Shown here one piece after another: positions 61,431 to 64,000 of a stretch of DNA of 64,000 nt. The notes beneath the pieces were generated by a model. The model was not told the origin of the DNA. It did no database searches and saw nothing but the letters and a program-made list of their open reading frames with translations. Numbering within the stretch: the stretch's first letter is position 1; each line of letters starts with the position of its first letter. The position numbers and the translations under genes are program-made. The stretch is from Scyliorhinus canicula (lineage: Eukaryota): positions 470,610-534,609 of the forward strand of contig NW_024055473.1 in NCBI RefSeq assembly GCF_902713615.1, written 5' to 3'.

Positions 61431-63437
61431 TCTTTATTGCTTTCCTTTTAGGCGTATGCGTCTGGAAGTGTTTATTTGTCCGTCTCCACGTCTGATTCCC
61501 GGCGTCTGCTGTTATGCTTATTTTACCAAACCTTGATGCAAGACAGTGCTACTAAATAATTTGGTAAAGATTTTTCACAGCAGACATTTTCAATCTATGT
61601 AAATTCCTTCAACTAATCAAGCCACTGTGAGCACATTTTTAAATTCTGATCGTGCACATAATGTTTCTCACGTTATTAAGTTTGGAATTATTAATGGGTC
61701 ATATCAAAACCTGGAATTGCTTCACTTTCAATCTCGTCAAATATTGCAAGAGAGGAGATGAGCGAGGGGAAAACAGTGAGCAAGGTAGAAAGTGAGACGG
61801 GCAAAAACTGGATGGTGCAGGGAGAGAGAGAGAAGCACATGGAAGGGGGCAGTGAGAGAGAGAGAATATTTAAAGCAAAACTCGAAGCAGAAGGTCAAGA
61901 AAGAGAAAGACACCGAAATAGGTTTAGCCACACTGGGGAACGGTTACATATGGTTAACTAGAAGTGTGAGCCTCTGCTTGAGTGTTTGAATGAAAGCGTT
62001 TGCGTGTGCTTCTGGTGTGTGTGTAAGTGAACCGATAGGACAACCTCAAGCGGATCAGCACGGGAAGAGCTTTGTGTGTTCATGCAGTAATAGGCCAGCA
62101 GCATCACTGATTAGTTCCTTGGCAGTATTTGGTTTGAGAGGCTGACAGCGCTGCTCATATTACGGGTGAATCTGCCCGAGATTCTGTAGATTCTGTAGAA
62201 CCCCCAAACCGACAGGAGTACTGAGCTACTGTCCAAGGTAGACGTACAGACAGAACGCAGTAATACATAATTGACGGCACAGGCAGTCAACTGCCGCCCC
62301 TTGAAGCTTAAACTGGCGAATTGAGTAGAGGACTCGAATTCTACCGATAAATATGGTTTGGCAAAACTTTCATTTACACACCCAGAATTTCCGGAGTGCA
62401 ACTTCGCGCGCTGTGTATCTGGTGCTCTTGAGCCAGAATAAATAATGAAGCTGATGTTGCATATACCTTTTTCAGTTTTCCCTTCTACAACTGTCTTTAG
62501 ATCTAAGGACAGCTACTGACAAACAGAGCCTCCATGACCTGGATCTAAAAGCATATTCAAACAAGGAATTATCAGAGCGGCGGGTGTTTAATATTCTGAT
62601 TCATACTCTATTTTGGAAATTAGAGAAAATGCGGAAGGTGTTTAATCCACAATTACCTGTCAGAAATATTCCCACAATATCCTGATGCTAAATCACATTC
62701 TGCTCGCTATCCGCTCTGTCAAAGGAGGGTTGAGTATTTGAAGACACCGATCCTGATCTTCCATCAATAATCTGCTGATAGGTTTTAAATATCTACCACC
62801 TCACTGCCATCTTCTCGCAGTGCGGTTGTGAAACGGATGAATAGTGAAGTGACTGCGAGTGAACAGAAACATATCGGGCTCGGGCTCGGCTACAGTGCCG
62901 TGTCCTTTTCGGGAGCTGGTTCTGTTGGAGGAAATGGGTGAGAAGAAAATCTTCCTTTCGACACTTTAAGACAGAAATTCTGGGCTATGATTGCTGGTGG
63001 AAAATATTATAGATATAAAAAGACACTCCAAAAGGCCATGAATATCGAGGGAAATTGATGCATGGGGTGTGTTTTAACACTCGATGTTCCTAATTTGAAA
63101 ATGTCAATCTTTTAATTAAAACAATCCGGACAACTAAAACACGCTGTTCATATAGAGTTTGTGCACGGTCGTGATCAAAAAGATCGGTATACTAACGGGG
63201 AGACGGGGAAAAAGCTGCACAATAAGTCAGACAGACACAGAAATAACATCAAAAGAAAAAAAACGAGGTGACACCAGAAATTTATTTGTGACTCTCATTT
63301 TTATTACAGCTGTGAGCTGAAAGCAACTACTTTAATTCCCTAATTGGCCCTTGCTTGGTTTTGTTGGGTCTTGCACGGAAATTATGAAAAGTCTCGTTGG
63401 CTTTCACTGTGGAGGTTGAATGTTTATCGGTGAGAGA

Positions 63438-63470
63438 ACGCCCTCTGGTGGGCACCAACTGGAACACTCA
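63438..63470 (-). promoter_or_regulatory. RSS-proximal CTCF-like site
   Basis: Minus strand reads TGAGTGTTCC-N6-TGCCCACCAGAGGGCGT. Confidence 0.65.
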
Positions 63471-63476
63471 GTGTGG

Positions 63477-63965
63477 GGTTATTGTACGGCATCTGCTGTA
63501 TCTCTGTGCAGTGTGGGCTCCATGGCACAGAAATACACGGCGCAGTCGGAGAGAAAGGCCCCGGTGATAGTTAAAGGAACAGTTGTGTTTTCTTTATGCA
63601 AAACCGCCAAGAACCTGGCTGGTAAATTTGGAGAATTATGTACGTCCCTAGAGCTATATATTGTCATTAAATATTTTGGAGCTTTCCCGGGATACTGGAT
63701 GTACCAGAACAGATTTCGAAGAGCAGCTGTCGAGTATCTACAATCCAGTGTTACGTTCTGTCCTTCCGGAACCTTTAATTCAGATCGATCCTGGAACACT
63801 GCTTCTTCGCCATTTGTTCCTGTAACAAGACAAACAATGTTTGAAACGTCTGGGAGTGAACATAACATATGGAACATGTGCGTGTGTGATATTGAATATT
63901 CTAGTAAATATTGACTCACTGGGCAGGGGGATGAGAATCATTATGAAGCAATGTGAGGAGAACAT
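63477..63965 (-). CDS. TRAV: TCR alpha/delta V segment, family A, intact
   Basis: Leader 63920-63965 (MFSSHCFIMILIPLP), V exon 63516-63819 (LDC..FWY..YFCAMEP). RSS CACACTG-23-ACAATAACC. Confidence 0.92.
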
Positions 63966-64000
63966 GGTGCCTGGTTTAAAGTTGGAAAGGAATAAAATCA

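Noticed and set aside
61450-61620. SVYLSVSTSDSRRLLLCLFY after a pyrimidine-rich acceptor, reminiscent of TCR C-alpha strands A-B
   Set aside because: It is in phase 0 rather than phase 1, has an early stop, and lacks downstream C-domain residues; only an HMM hit would revive it.
1-64000. D, J or C segments, NAR-TCR V-D-J clusters and IgH-like (TAIL) Vs
   Set aside because: I found no 12-spacer RSS with a credible nonamer, no FGxG J motif with a donor, and no leaderless supporting V or VH-type W-x-RQ/YYCAR segment.

Overview
Vertebrate genomic DNA, most likely from a cartilaginous fish (inferred from the CR1/SINE repertoire and V-gene style). The window lies inside a T-cell receptor alpha(/delta) V-segment array. 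I find 8 V segments with an intact leader exon, intron, V exon and 3' RSS (5 on +, 3 on -), in four families labelled here A (GTNGE...CAMEP), B (short, ...CAVR/E), C (DPVTQ...CAVR) and D (WSHQD...CAMQ/KP). About a dozen V pseudogenes or relics are also present. No D, J or C segment could be supported. The Vs are arranged in duplicated, partly inverted multi-gene cassettes with CTCF-like sites at fixed positions. An 8.2-kb tandem array (2.45-kb unit) of tRNA-Pro and tRNA-Val genes sits in the middle of the locus and truncates a V gene. Every tRNA-Pro copy carries an 18-nt insertion at the canonical intron site. Solo tRNA-Thr and tRNA-Asn genes lie just upstream. The rest is CR1, L1, Rex/Babar and SINE sequence, a G-rich 50-bp VNTR, and small insertions carrying minimal hammerhead-ribozyme motifs. 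Main leads: intron-containing tRNA-Pro inside a TCR locus, a tRNA array that replaced V sequence, 24-nt RSS spacers in two V families, V-linked CTCF sites, and head-to-head V pairs with reciprocal gene loss. All identities come from reading the sequence; no database search was run.
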